From assembly GCF_006345805.1 (NCBI RefSeq), contig NC_042997.1:118420001-118484000 (forward strand): a DNA stretch of 64,000 nucleotides, written 5' to 3'. Below are positions 52,444 to 64,000 of this stretch, in pieces (within the stretch, counting starts at the first letter, position 1; the number at the start of each line of letters is the position of its first letter). The stretch comes from Octopus sinensis. Its lineage: Eukaryota. The notes under the pieces are model-generated. The model worked only from the letters and a program-made list of their open reading frames with translations, had not been told where the DNA came from and did not search any database. The position numbers and the translations under genes are program-made.

Positions 52444-55400
52444 CTTTTTTTTTTCCTCTTTCAAATTTTCTTCCATTTCTTGCCGAGTGTCTTCCCGACT
52501 CCTAGGGCAAAGAAACTCATAGTGTATATTGGTAGGCCATTAAACCAAACTCAGTAGTTCGTTCATTTTTTTTTATTTTTTATTTTTTTTAAGTTAAATT
52601 AAAATACATGAACAGCAACAGTTCTCACATCGACAATGCTCTTCTCAATACGTGTGATGTACCAGTTAAGACAATCTTTTGCACTTCTTGCAGGGATGGT
52701 AAGCCAGGGATCATTCTCATATAATTTTCGGTTCCCTTCTTGATCATTCCTAGTGCTCCTACGATCACTGGTATTGTAACCGCCTTGAGATGCCACATTT
52801 TCTCAATTTCAATGAGTAGGTCTTTATATTTTCTGAGCTTGTCAAACTCTTTCGCTGAGATATTATGATCACAGGGGATGCTCATGTCGATCAATAAGCA
52901 AACTTTACTGTTTAGGTCTTTCACAACAATATCTGGTTTATTGGACTTGATGGTTCGGTCTGTATGTACTGGAAAGTCCCACAGAATGGTTACATTTTCT
53001 CCTTCAGTTACAGCCTCAGGGTGGTGATTATACCACTTGTCGGCAGTTTTGATATTGTAATGCCGACTTATTAGCCAGTGGAGATATTGGCCAACTCTGT
53101 CATGTCTTAATTTATACTCCACTGGTGCTAAGACTTTACATCCAGAGATTAGGTGGTCCACTGTTTCAATCATGTCGTTGCAGAATCGGCATTTTGGGTC
53201 TGCTCCATTTTTCATCACATTGGCCTGGTAGTTCCGGGTTAATAGGCTTTGGTCTTGAGCAGCCAGGATGAAACCTTCGCTCTCTGCTTTTAGCCCTGAG
53301 CTCCGCAGCCACTGATGGGTTTGCTTCTGGTCAACATCAGCTTGTTTGCTGCGGGTCACATATTTGCCGTGCAGAGGTTTCTCCTCCCACCTATCAGCCA
53401 ATTGCTCGTGCGCTTTTTTCATTGCCATCATTTTCACCTTCTTTGCAACAATAGTTGCCGTACTTCCCTCGGGTTGTTCAGTTTGGGTATCCTGCACGAG
53501 ATCAATAGCAAATTTTTTGCTTTCCTTGATGATAGAATGAAGCTTTCGTCTCGTGATTTTCCACGAGCTTTAGCATCCAGCCATTCGATATTTCGAGATA
53601 TTTGGCCAGTCCAATTGTGGTTGTTTTGTAAGCTAGTTCAAATTGGATCAGGCCTCGACCTCCTTGGGCTCTGGGAAGGTAAAGGCGATCTACGTCTGCC
53701 TTTGGGTGGTGCATCCTATTACAACTCAGCAGCTTGCGTATTTTTCTATCTATATTCTTTACTTCACTCATATTCCAGTTCAACACATTGTAGCTATAAG
53801 TAACAACTGGAACTGCTAAGGAATTTATAGCTAACACCTTGTTACGTGCATTTAGTTCAGATTTCAGGACTGCACGAACTCTCCTATAACATTCCTTCCT
53901 GATTTTCTCTTTCATGCTTGCATGCTGAATACCAGAGCCTTCATTTATCCCTAAATATTTGTATGTATGTTCTTGTTCAAGCTCTCTTATTACTGTGTTA
54001 ACATCTAACACGACTGAATTTGTGGTCTTCTCTTTCCCTTTCTGGAAAGTGGCCTTGGCACACTTCTCAAGTCCAAACTCCATCCCGATGTCATCGCTGA
54101 ATGCTTTCACGGTGCGCAATAGGCCTTCAAGTTCATTAATGTCTTTACCATAAAGTTTTAAGTCATCCATATAAAATAGATGGCTTATTTTTTTATTGGC
54201 AATTTTATACCCATACCCTGTTCTGTTTAATTCACTTGTAAGGGGTATTAGGGCTATGCAGAATATTAAAGGTGCAAGTGAGTCACCTTGAAAAATTCCA
54301 CAGCTGATGTTTATATTTTCTGAGGCAAGTATTCCATTAGAGTGGTATAATTGGAGATTCGTATTCCACAACGACATATTGTGCTTCAGGAAGTTTGAAA
54401 TCACAGGGGAAATTTTGAAGATGTCCAGCGATCTCAAGATCCATGGATGCGGTATACTGTCGAAGGCCTTTTTATAGTCAATCCATGCGGTGCTGAGATT
54501 TCTGCGCTTGTTGTGACAGTTCTCAAGGATCATACGATTGATTAACAGTTGATCTTTGCATCCGTAAGAGCCTCGGCGGCACCCTTTTTGTTCAATGGGA
54601 AAATATCGTTCTTCTCCATGAATGCATATGTTTTCTCCGCCAGGATAGATGTTAGGATTTTATACGTGGTGGATAGACAGGTTATAGGCCGATAATTTTT
54701 TGGAAGGTTGGTTTCGTTATTCTTTGGGAGTAGGTAAGTAATGCCACTCGCTAACCATTCAGGTGTTTTCTTTGGGTCTCTCATAATTCCATTGAGCAGC
54801 TGAACTAGCTTACAGTGTGCGCACGGGAGCGATGCGAGCCAGAAATTCGGCACCCTATCTTTACCGGGGGATTTCCAATTATGGGCCTTCGTGAGTGCCT
54901 TTCTTAGGTCTGCTATTGTGATGTCTTCCCATGCTTGTTGTTTTAAATTTTGGTAGGATCCTTCAGTTTGTATAATCCAGTCTGTATTTATGTTGTACGT
55001 CTTCTTGTCACTCCAAATCCTTTTCCAAAAGTTTTGAACTTCTTCCATGGGAGGGGGGTCTTTAACGGTTACTTTCTCCTTTCCTATTTCTCTGTAGAAT
55101 GTTTTGGCATTGGATGTGAACAGCTTATTTTGCTTGTAAAACTTGTTTCTCTTCTCAAATCTTCGTATTCTTTGGGTTTTTGCTTGGACTTTTTGTTTCA
55201 GCGTTTCTTTTATTGATATCAGTTCTTCTCTTGGTGAGGATCCAAATTTTCTCTTCATCTTTCTTCTTGTTCTGGATCTTACATCATTTCCACATATTAG
55301 TTCATTTAATATTGATATTTCCCCTCTCATAAATTCAATCTCTTTTTCAATTTTACTTCTCCAGGTTTGATTTCTTCCCAGGTTTTGTTTTCTTTGTTTT

Positions 55401-56400
55401 TTCGGGGGCATACAGCTGGTTTCAATTGCCCTAGCAGAAGCGTAAATAATTTCATTTAACTCAGTAAAATCAGGTTTTAATTCTCGTATTATTTCATTTG
55501 TTACATAGTTGCCAATTTGGATTTGTTTTTTTATTTTGGTTTGTATTTGAGAGTTTATGAAGCGGTTCTCTATCATTCATACTTGTATGTCTTACAACTT
55601 CAAGCGTATTCAGGATTTTCTGCCTCATTTCTGCCATAGACTCTCTGTGTTCTTCAGCAAATGCGAGATCTTCAGTTACTGTTGTTTTTTCGTTTTCCTG
55701 GCTATCTTTAACAGGTACAATAGAATTTCTTGTATCTTCAGGCCTTTGCGTACTTTGGTCAGATGGCAGTCTTTCAATTAAGCCTCGTGGCGGGCTATAC
55801 TGTTCATGTGATTCTTCATTTCCTTTGTGTCTTATATTTATGTCACTTTCCGTTGCGTGCTTGATCGCGCTTATTTCACTGTCTGTGAGTCTGTTATTTC
55901 TAAAGATATCCCTCCTCACATTTGCTAATTTGTTCTCTTCCAAATAGGGCCTACTGTCTTGATTCCGTGTTCTCCATATACTGTAAGAGTTTGCGGTGTG
56001 TCTCTCTTGAGATGGCCTACCTAATGCATAGTAATAAGCGTATATTACTTCTTTATACTCTTCTCGGGTCCATTTGTTCCGCTTACATTTTTCTTTCTGT
56101 GGTGGTTGTTGTTGTGAACTTGGAGGGCTCGAGTTGGGGGATTTCCCGTTCAAGTGATCATCCATGTCCGTATTCGGAGAAGAGTTTGTGCCAGTTGATG
56201 ACTTTTCGATCCCAGGCTGGCTCTTCCCTGGGGGACGCGCTTCCAGATTAACCATAGGACAAGCGATTTGGTATACTGATTTAGTTTTCCTTTTAGTTTC
56301 CCAAAACATTTTGGTGCTACGATAATGTTATCATTTTTTAGCTTTGATTGGCTCGTGGGGAGACGGCCATCATTGCCGTTACAATTATAATCGTACCATC
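52444..56400 (-). mobile_element. Near full-length R4/Dong-clade RLE non-LTR retrotransposon; single ORF broken by about 3 frameshifts
   Basis: N-terminal RNKWTREEYKEVIYAYY. RT has GIFQGDSLAPL and LFYMDDLKLY, followed by CRFC...HLISGC. The restriction-like endonuclease has RHD and PDIVV...D...K. Both ends are flanked by (TAA)n. Confidence 0.93.
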
Positions 56401-56423
56401 TTATATTTATTATTATTATTATT

Positions 56424-56479
<56 letters not shown>

Positions 56480-56480
56480 T

Positions 56481-56524
<44 letters not shown>

Positions 56525-56577
56525 TATTATTATTATTATTATTATAATCATCATCATTATTATTATTATTATTATTA

Positions 56578-56632
<55 letters not shown>

Positions 56633-56637
<5 letters not shown>

Positions 56638-56660
56638 TCACTGCCTGGAGTCGAACGCTG
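56633..56660 (-). mobile_element. Remnant tRNA-head of the composite SINE split by the R4/Dong insertion
   Basis: The reverse complement gcgttcgactccaggcagtgacctg-aataat matches 41836-41866 gagttcgattcaaagcagggacttg-aataat. Confidence 0.6.
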
Positions 56661-57099
56661 TCAGTCTACCTATGTATGTATACATTCACATTCATGTATA
56701 TACGAGTATATGTGTATGTATATATATATGTATGTATGCATGTATGTATGTAAATAGTTTGTTATTTTCTTCTATAAGTTAAAAATATATTTTCATAGAT
56801 AAAATAAATATTTCTATCTATTTATTCTATTTTTTTTTTATTTACACCACGTTTTTAACGAGATAAATTTATTTTAAACACTAAGTCCTACGTATTACGT
56901 TTAAAGATTTAATTAACAGAATATATTCAATAAGATAAATCATGTTTTCACTTTAAGATATAATGTTGAATTTTGTTCGATTTTTTATTGTAAAATTACG
57001 TATTTTTATATATATTTATCTTTTCTAGTTAGAAAATATACGTACATTTATTTAATTATTATATTGTTTTTGTTTTAGTCCTGACCTGATGAGTGACTA

Positions 57100-58500
57100 T
57101 AACTTAGATAACTTAGATATGTTTCGACTAAAGACTGGCCCTGGTCACACCTAACTTAATAGTTCCACTCCACCTGATAGAATTTTCTACATCCATTCTA
57201 AGTTAAGTTTTGTGGTATAATGGGCTATTTCAGGTATAGGTGACTTATCTGGTATTCCTTGAAGAAATTTGTCCAGGTTCCGCTTAAAAGTGATGAGATG
57301 TTTTACCTCTTTAACTTGTTTTGGGACTATGTTAAATAGGACTGGACCGCTTGAGGGAAAGAAATTGTGATGCAGTGTATTTATGTGTTGTGATTCTAAT
57401 TGTTTTGGAGGATGTATTGCACGTGGTCTTAGCCTTGGATACATTCTGAAACTATTTTTATGGTCGTTTGGGCACATCGTGCAAATGATGTATCGCTGAC
57501 GGCGGCGCTGGAGAGAATAAGTTTCAATGCTTTAAGGTGGTCCTAATCATCGAGGTCAGTCATGCACTTTATTCTTTTATTGAATGCTCTCTGGGAAGAT
57601 ACGATACTCAAAAGGTGTTACTTTGTGTGGGGAGTCTACAGGAGGCAGCAATATTCATGGTGTGGCTGTACAAAGGAGAGAAAAGAGGAATGATGACACC
57701 TTGTTTTCTGGAATGAAAAGTTCTTAGGATCCAGGAGCTCATCTTACGAGCTATATCGACTTTATTGCTGATGTGGGTATTCCAGGTGAGATTGTTGTCA
57801 ACTATTACTCATAAATCTCGGATATTATCAGATGTGCGTGGTTCTCCCGAGAGAGGAGAATGTGGTTGTTTTAGCAAAGTCTTTTTCTTTCCAAAATGCA
57901 TCAGTTCAAATTTTCCCTCGTTTAGTAGGATCTTATTTTTGTCTGCCCATTGAATGTAAGCATGTAGATCAGACTGGAGTTTGGTTCGGTCTTCTCCGTT
58001 GATAATTTTCTAAAGTTTGGAGTCATTGGCGAATATTCTCACTTTGCTATGTTTGATGACGCTTGAAATGTCATTTATATGGACTATAAAGAGAAGATTC
58101 CTCTGAGATACACCACTGCTGACTTTTGTTGGGCTTGAGAGGATTCCACTCAATATAAGACGTCCTCCAATGACATCAGATTTCGAACCTAATCCCAAGG
58201 CTTTCAGGTCATCATCGATGGGATGGAAAAGCTGTGTCCCTGTCGCAGTGAAAGCCATGCTGGCTGGAATTTAGAAGATTGTGGCACTCCCAGAAGCCAG
58301 CTACCTTTGATTTCACCAGCATTTCAAACACTTTGATGATATGGGGGTGAGTGAGATCAGGCGATTGTTGTCTGCGAAGAATCTGTTTCCCTATTTGAAA
58401 ACCGGGATGACAGGCTGACTTAAGAGCTGTTTCTGTATATAGCCTGAGTCTATAGGATTTTTCCTGAGGTTGGTTAGAGCTATAGCGACTTTATTGTTGA
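57100..58500 (-). mobile_element. CR1-like LINE 3' portion with terminal repeat tail
   Basis: QHGFHC, YLDFTKAF-like and IFANDSKL motifs, and FKRNLDKFLQGIPDK. The tail is (ctaagttat)n. Confidence 0.88.
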
Positions 58501-58519
58501 TGATGGCACTCCAGCTGAC

Positions 58520-59070
58520 TATGAGGCGAGGTATGGAGAATGAGATCACGGACGGTTAAGAGTAGGATGGAGAGCATTCAACTCAGTGAAGGATGTGCTG
58601 AAGACGAACTTAGACAAAGCAACTCGCGCCAGTCTCCTCAATAGCACAGTCTTGTCTCCAATGTTATAAGCATATGAGACTTGTTCTTTGACGAAGAGAG
58701 AACGACAACATCTGCATACGGCCTTGAGATCCATGGAAAGGTCGATGTTGGGAATCTTGCTGAGGGATCACATCCGGAATGAGAAGATCAGGGAAAGAAC
58801 TCCAGTCAATGACGTCGTCGCAGAATACCACAAAGCAAAGCCACGATGGGCCGGTCATGTCACAAGGTTCACAGACAATCGGTGGACTCGTACAATTGTC
58901 GAGTGATACCCGCGCAAACGGAAGAGACCACCTATCAAGTGGGAAGCTGATTTAAGAAAGATGATTTGGACAACGTGGAGGAGAATGGCGAGAGCACGTG
59001 GGGAATGGATCGAATGCTGTGATCAGTGGAGCCAACTGAGCACTAGACAGCCTGGCCGATCCAGGTGATA
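58520..59070 (+). mobile_element. RTE-clade LINE 3' fragment with (CATA)n tail
   Basis: GWRAFNS...MERSMLGI...IRNEKIR...RWAGHVTR. Confidence 0.88.
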
Positions 59071-59092
59071 CATACATACATACATACATACA

Positions 59093-59138
<46 letters not shown>

Positions 59139-59424
59139 GTGCAAATGAAATGTAAGAAGACAGTCAGAAGTCAAATTTTATAGGTTGGTACAAACTACTT
59201 ATAGGAACTAGAGCCATGTTTTTGCCAATGTTTACAGCGATAAACGCGTTCTTTAAGGGTGTTTAAAAGAGAATTCTCAGAGAAAAGATTAAGATACTGT
59301 TCTTTGGTGCAGAGCGGACAAAAGGATTTACCTTTATCATACGGAAAGGCTCTAGATAAAATATTCCATTTATACCAATCTATAAAATTTGACTTTTGAC
59401 TGTCTTCTTACATTTCATTTCCAC
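59139..59424. mobile_element. MITE-like element with ~52-bp terminal inverted repeats
   Basis: 59139-59190 versus 59373-59424 differ at 3 positions. The left end abuts (TA)n. Confidence 0.7.
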
Positions 59425-59977
59425 AACATATATCTATTTAGACGCCTTTAAGCTTTATTTCCACTCATCTGTCGCACTATATTTCTACACTCTTAATTTT
59501 CTATTAATTACTTTGTTTCTCCTCCTTTTCTAAATTACCTTTGACGTTAAAACTATTAACGGTTTTTAAAAAATATGACTTGTCAGTGTTCCCTTCATCA
59601 TATACGCGGTTATCACATTCGATTAAAATGGCTTATTGACGTGTTTTGTTTACCTTTTTTCCATAAAGAGATAATTATGTTGTTTTACACCACTTTATTC
59701 CCTCAGGAATAATACCAATATTTTCTTCGAAACATATGTCGGAAGTATAAAGATTTGAATAACACATGCGTTTATCTCCATTTCTTAATGTATCTATGTA
59801 ATTCAAAAACGTTTCACTAAACTTTGCAGCTTCTACCTTTATAAGTAAACTGTAACACTCTTGGCACTTATGTGAATTTTTGCTACCCTGGTAACTATTT
59901 ATTTATTTTTCCCGCATTATTTATAAACATTGAAAAAATACACATATAAACATATATATATATACTTACATACATGC

Positions 59978-60077
<100 letters not shown>

Positions 60078-60533
60078 AAACTGAAGACTGGTAAAATTAG
60101 TTATATTTTAATTCCATGTTGCACATATTTCCTAGCAGGATAGGTGTCGCAAAGACATACATGTACAAAAAAATGTACCTAATCTCCTGTCTGCAATTCT
60201 TCACGCAAAGAATACTATTATGATAGTATTATTGTTTTCTGTGTCTGATGAATTTACGAATAGGAGTTTATATGCGTTTTCATACGCGTATACCTTTGTG
60301 ACTCCTGTTCTGTAATGAAGCATGTAACAAGGAATTAAATTTTTGCAAAAATTTTCCTTAAAAAATTTGCCTTATGTTTTGAGATGTAATTACTCTGCAA
60401 ATAGAATTCAATGGAAATTTTAATTGCTATGTATATCGCATCTGAAAAAAATCACCGATAGACACATATGTGAACCTGCAGATGTGCTTCCCGATGACAC
60501 ATCTACGATTGTAATCGCGCATGCAGGCTATAC

Positions 60534-60636
<103 letters not shown>

Positions 60637-60721
60637 CCTACCTACCTACCTACCTACCTACCTACCTACCAGTCTGTCTGTATGTATGTCTGTATCCCAT
60701 CTGTCTGTCTTTCTCACTCAT

Positions 60722-60768
<47 letters not shown>

Positions 60769-60883
60769 GTACATACATAGACATATATATATATAAATAT
60801 ACAATGCATGCATACACACACGCGTGCATACATGCGTATATATCTATACACACATAGACACACACACATACACACACCCACAC

Positions 60884-60936
<53 letters not shown>

Positions 60937-61699
60937 CAAACACACACATACACATGCATGTATATTTTGTGCTGAGGATTTGGAGATGTGAGGAGCTATA
61001 TTGAATTGAGGTACATTGTTGCTATTTTCAGACTTTCTTCTTGTATTTCCTTTTGCTTCGGAACACGTTCCTAAATTTCTGTATTCTCTCAATTCATTTC
61101 CATTTTGGTGAATAACAATCAATGTTTTCTTCAAAAACAAAATGGCTGCCTAGCTTATTATCCAGAGAAATAGCAGCAGGTGACTGGTCTTTTCTTTCTA
61201 ATCAATTGTAGATCATGAACTCGTGTAGACTTTCTATACACCTACCACATGCACATGTTTTTCAATGTATCAGCTATCTTGTGTCAATAATATATATTCA
61301 TTAGTTCTGATCAAAGGTATTTCGTCGGCAAATAAGTTTATTGAAGAAAATTTAAATATCGATTATAAATATCAGTAAATAACATTTCTTAATTAACAGC
61401 AAACTTAACTGATGTATGTTACGGCATAGAAAATTAATTTAAAATCAATGAGAAAAGTCATTTAGTAGAAGTTTTTGAAGTTGTACTGAAATATAGTGTT
61501 AAGCTGATATCTGTTAATATAGTTTGAAGTCAAATACTGAATGGCGTAGATTATTCGAAAATTTTTAGGCTAAGCGCCTTGTAATTGAACCGATCATTGG
61601 TTTGTGGTTCTATTTCCTCCTCGAACAGGAGAGATGTTCAGTTAATGTCTAAAAGGCTCTCTTTCCATTTGGAAGGTTTCATTTTCAATTTTGCTGAAT

Positions 61700-62130
61700 G
61701 GATACGCAGTCTTTTACTTGTTTCAGTCATTTGACTGTAGCCATGCTGGAGCACCGCCTTTAGTCGAGCAAATCGACCCCATGTTCTTATTCTTTGTAAG
61801 CCTAGTACTTACTCTATCGGTCTCTTTTGCCGAACCGCTAAGTTACGGGGACGTAAACACACCACGATCGGTTGTCATACGATGTTGGGGGGGCAAGCAT
61901 AGACACACAAACACACATACACACACACACACTCATACACACATATATATATATATATATACATATACACGACGGGCTTCTTTCAGTTTCCGTCTACCAA
62001 ATCCACCACTCACAAGGCTTTGGTCGGCCCGAGGCTATATTAGAAGACACTTGCCCAAGTTGCCACGCAGTGGGATTGAACCCGAGACCATGTGGTTCAT
62101 AAGCAAGCTACTTACCACACAGCCATTACT
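61700..62130 (-). mobile_element. Family-B tRNA-derived SINE
   Basis: Well-preserved reverse complement of the 9485 copy. Confidence 0.88.
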
Positions 62131-62190
62131 ATATATACATATTTGACTATTAAGTTATTTGCACTAACCAGATTTCAAGGGGATTCAAAC

Positions 62191-62239
<49 letters not shown>

Positions 62240-62240
<1 letters not shown>

Positions 62241-63095
62241 ATTAATTAATAAGGGTGAGAGAATTAGATACTAATTTAATAGTATATCTATTCAACACCA
62301 AGTGGCCCAGTGCCCCGAGAAACCTGGATTATTATAATATTTTATACAAAAATAAATATAACAGAGTGGTCACTATGTGGCTCACTCTAGCACTAGTAAA
62401 TCCAAAAGGTTTCAACCACAAAAATACATGTTTCCTATGAAAGTCAGTACGATTGTTAGCTCACACGAACAGGGCAAATAAAAAACAACAAAAATACAGA
62501 TTATTTTGGGACAATTGTTTCGCTATTAATGAATTAAATGTAATTTTACTTACAAAAAAATCCACTTGTAGCTCCTCAGCCAAAACTATCTGGATGAAAT
62601 CCACTCAATCACACGCCAGATTTTACCATAACGATAAATACACGTGTGGTTCAATTGATTACATCCGACGTTATAACTCAAATGCCCCTACCAACAGCGC
62701 GCCAAACTTTCACGGAAACAAATACTACATTTAGAAATAAATGTAGCATAATTATAATTAATTAATAAGGGTGAGAGAATTAGATACTAATTTAATAGTA
62801 TATCTATTCAACACCAAGTGGTCCAGTGCCCCGAGAAACCTGGATTATTATAATATTTTATGACATATTATAATATTTTATACAAAAATAAATATAAGAG
62901 AGTGGTCACTATGTGGCTCACTCTAGCAATAGTAAATCCAAAAGGTTTCAACCACAAAAATACATGTTTCCTATGAAAGTCAGTACGATTGTTAGCTCAC
63001 ACGAACAAGGCAAATAAAAAACAACAAAAATACAGATTATTTTGGGACAATTGTTTCGCTATTAATGAATTAAATGTAATTTTACTCACAAAAAA
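62240..63095 (-). repeat. 516-bp unit plus partial second copy (Penelope pLTR or retrozyme-like)
   Basis: aagggtgagagaattagatac recurs at 62251 and 62767. The second copy has a 21-nt internal duplication and ends in (TA)n. Confidence 0.92.
62504..62585 (-). ncRNA. Canonical type I hammerhead with a long loop II
   Basis: Minus strand reads UUUUGG-CUGAGGA-GCUA-(43 nt)-UAGC-GAA-ACAAUUGU-C-CCAAAA. Confidence 0.8.
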
Positions 63096-63099
63096 CTCA

Positions 63100-63138
<39 letters not shown>

Positions 63139-63139
63139 A

Positions 63140-63216
<77 letters not shown>

Positions 63217-64000
63217 CAAGCAAATTTATCCATGGTTGCAGTCATCCTCTTTACGTGATATTGTACCATTAGCATGTTACAAAATCAAGTAAGATACCGA
63301 AATGGGTTTCTTTAGCAAAAATGCTATTATTTCCCCCAAGTAAAGGGAGCCGAATCTATGTAAGATATTGATGTCAGCATTTGTACCCACGGCAACACGT
63401 TTTGTTCTATTTATTATTCCGTTGCCTCAGTGTATCATTCTGTAGTTCTTACTTGCATCTTTGTAGACGGGTTTATTGACGGTGAAGTATGTTAGTTTTA
63501 GACAGAAGTTCGCATGGCTAAACTTTATAAACCTGCGTTTCTTCATAACTTTTGTTCCTCAACTAAAAGTTTGAAATGTTCACCAAAATATAAGGATACC
63601 AGGAGAAAGAAAGTTTGACAAGTTCAATTATATCGGTAAAAATATATCATTTTAAAAGGCTTAATGTAAAATTTGATGCAATGAGTGTATGTACACACAT
63701 GCGCAGACACACTCGCACACACACTCATACACACATACAGACATTTATAAACATCTGTACCATTAGGTCTAGTAATAAACCTTCTAGCAAGAACTGTTTC
63801 TCACCATATTCGGTACATCATACATTTTGAAGTCAAAGAACCAAATTCTTTTTGATAGATCTTTTTCAGAGTATTTGAAACACTTTAAGTTACTACACTG
63901 CACTTAGCATGTAAAACATATCCGCTTTGAAATCTATATATCACGAAACATACTTTAAAATTAATAGATGAACGTTCTCTCTTGGTTTTTCGTCAGAAGA

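Noticed and set aside
56200-56400. HDV-like ribozyme at the 5' end of the R4/Dong element
   Set aside because: Two crossing helices (ccagg/cctgg, gccag/ctggc) exist, but there is no room for P3/L3 and no clear catalytic C junction.

Overview
This is AT-rich animal DNA, mostly intronic or intergenic, with many (TA)n, (CATA)n, (GA)n and (AAT)n microsatellites. The SINE and LINE families and microsatellite style suggest an octopus; that assignment is inference. Most long ORFs in the track are microsatellite artefacts or retroelement relics. The mobile elements I recognise are a near full-length R4/Dong-type RLE LINE (52.4-56.4 kb), several CR1-like LINE pieces, two RTE 3' ends, Tc1 and mariner relics, and an ORF1-only L1/Tx1-like element with a 14-bp TSD nested in a DINE/HINE-like element. 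A hAT MITE and many tRNA-derived SINEs are also present. The main unexplained signal is a dense set of minimal type I hammerhead ribozyme motifs with palindromic helix III: about 12 motifs from at least 7 sequence contexts. They include a ~357-nt tandem family with one hammerhead per monomer at the tip of a long stem (retrozyme/circRNA-like; 1.75-2.48 kb and 42.5-43.0 kb, with relatives at 34.6-35.4 kb), a 516-nt tandem unit, a head-to-head palindromic pair, and a tRNA-promoter/(AAT)n/hammerhead composite SINE. There is also a tentative minus-strand spliced gene whose first two exons would encode a signal peptide (29.0 and 27.6 kb). All alignments and folds were done by eye, and no cleavage activity or expression is demonstrated.
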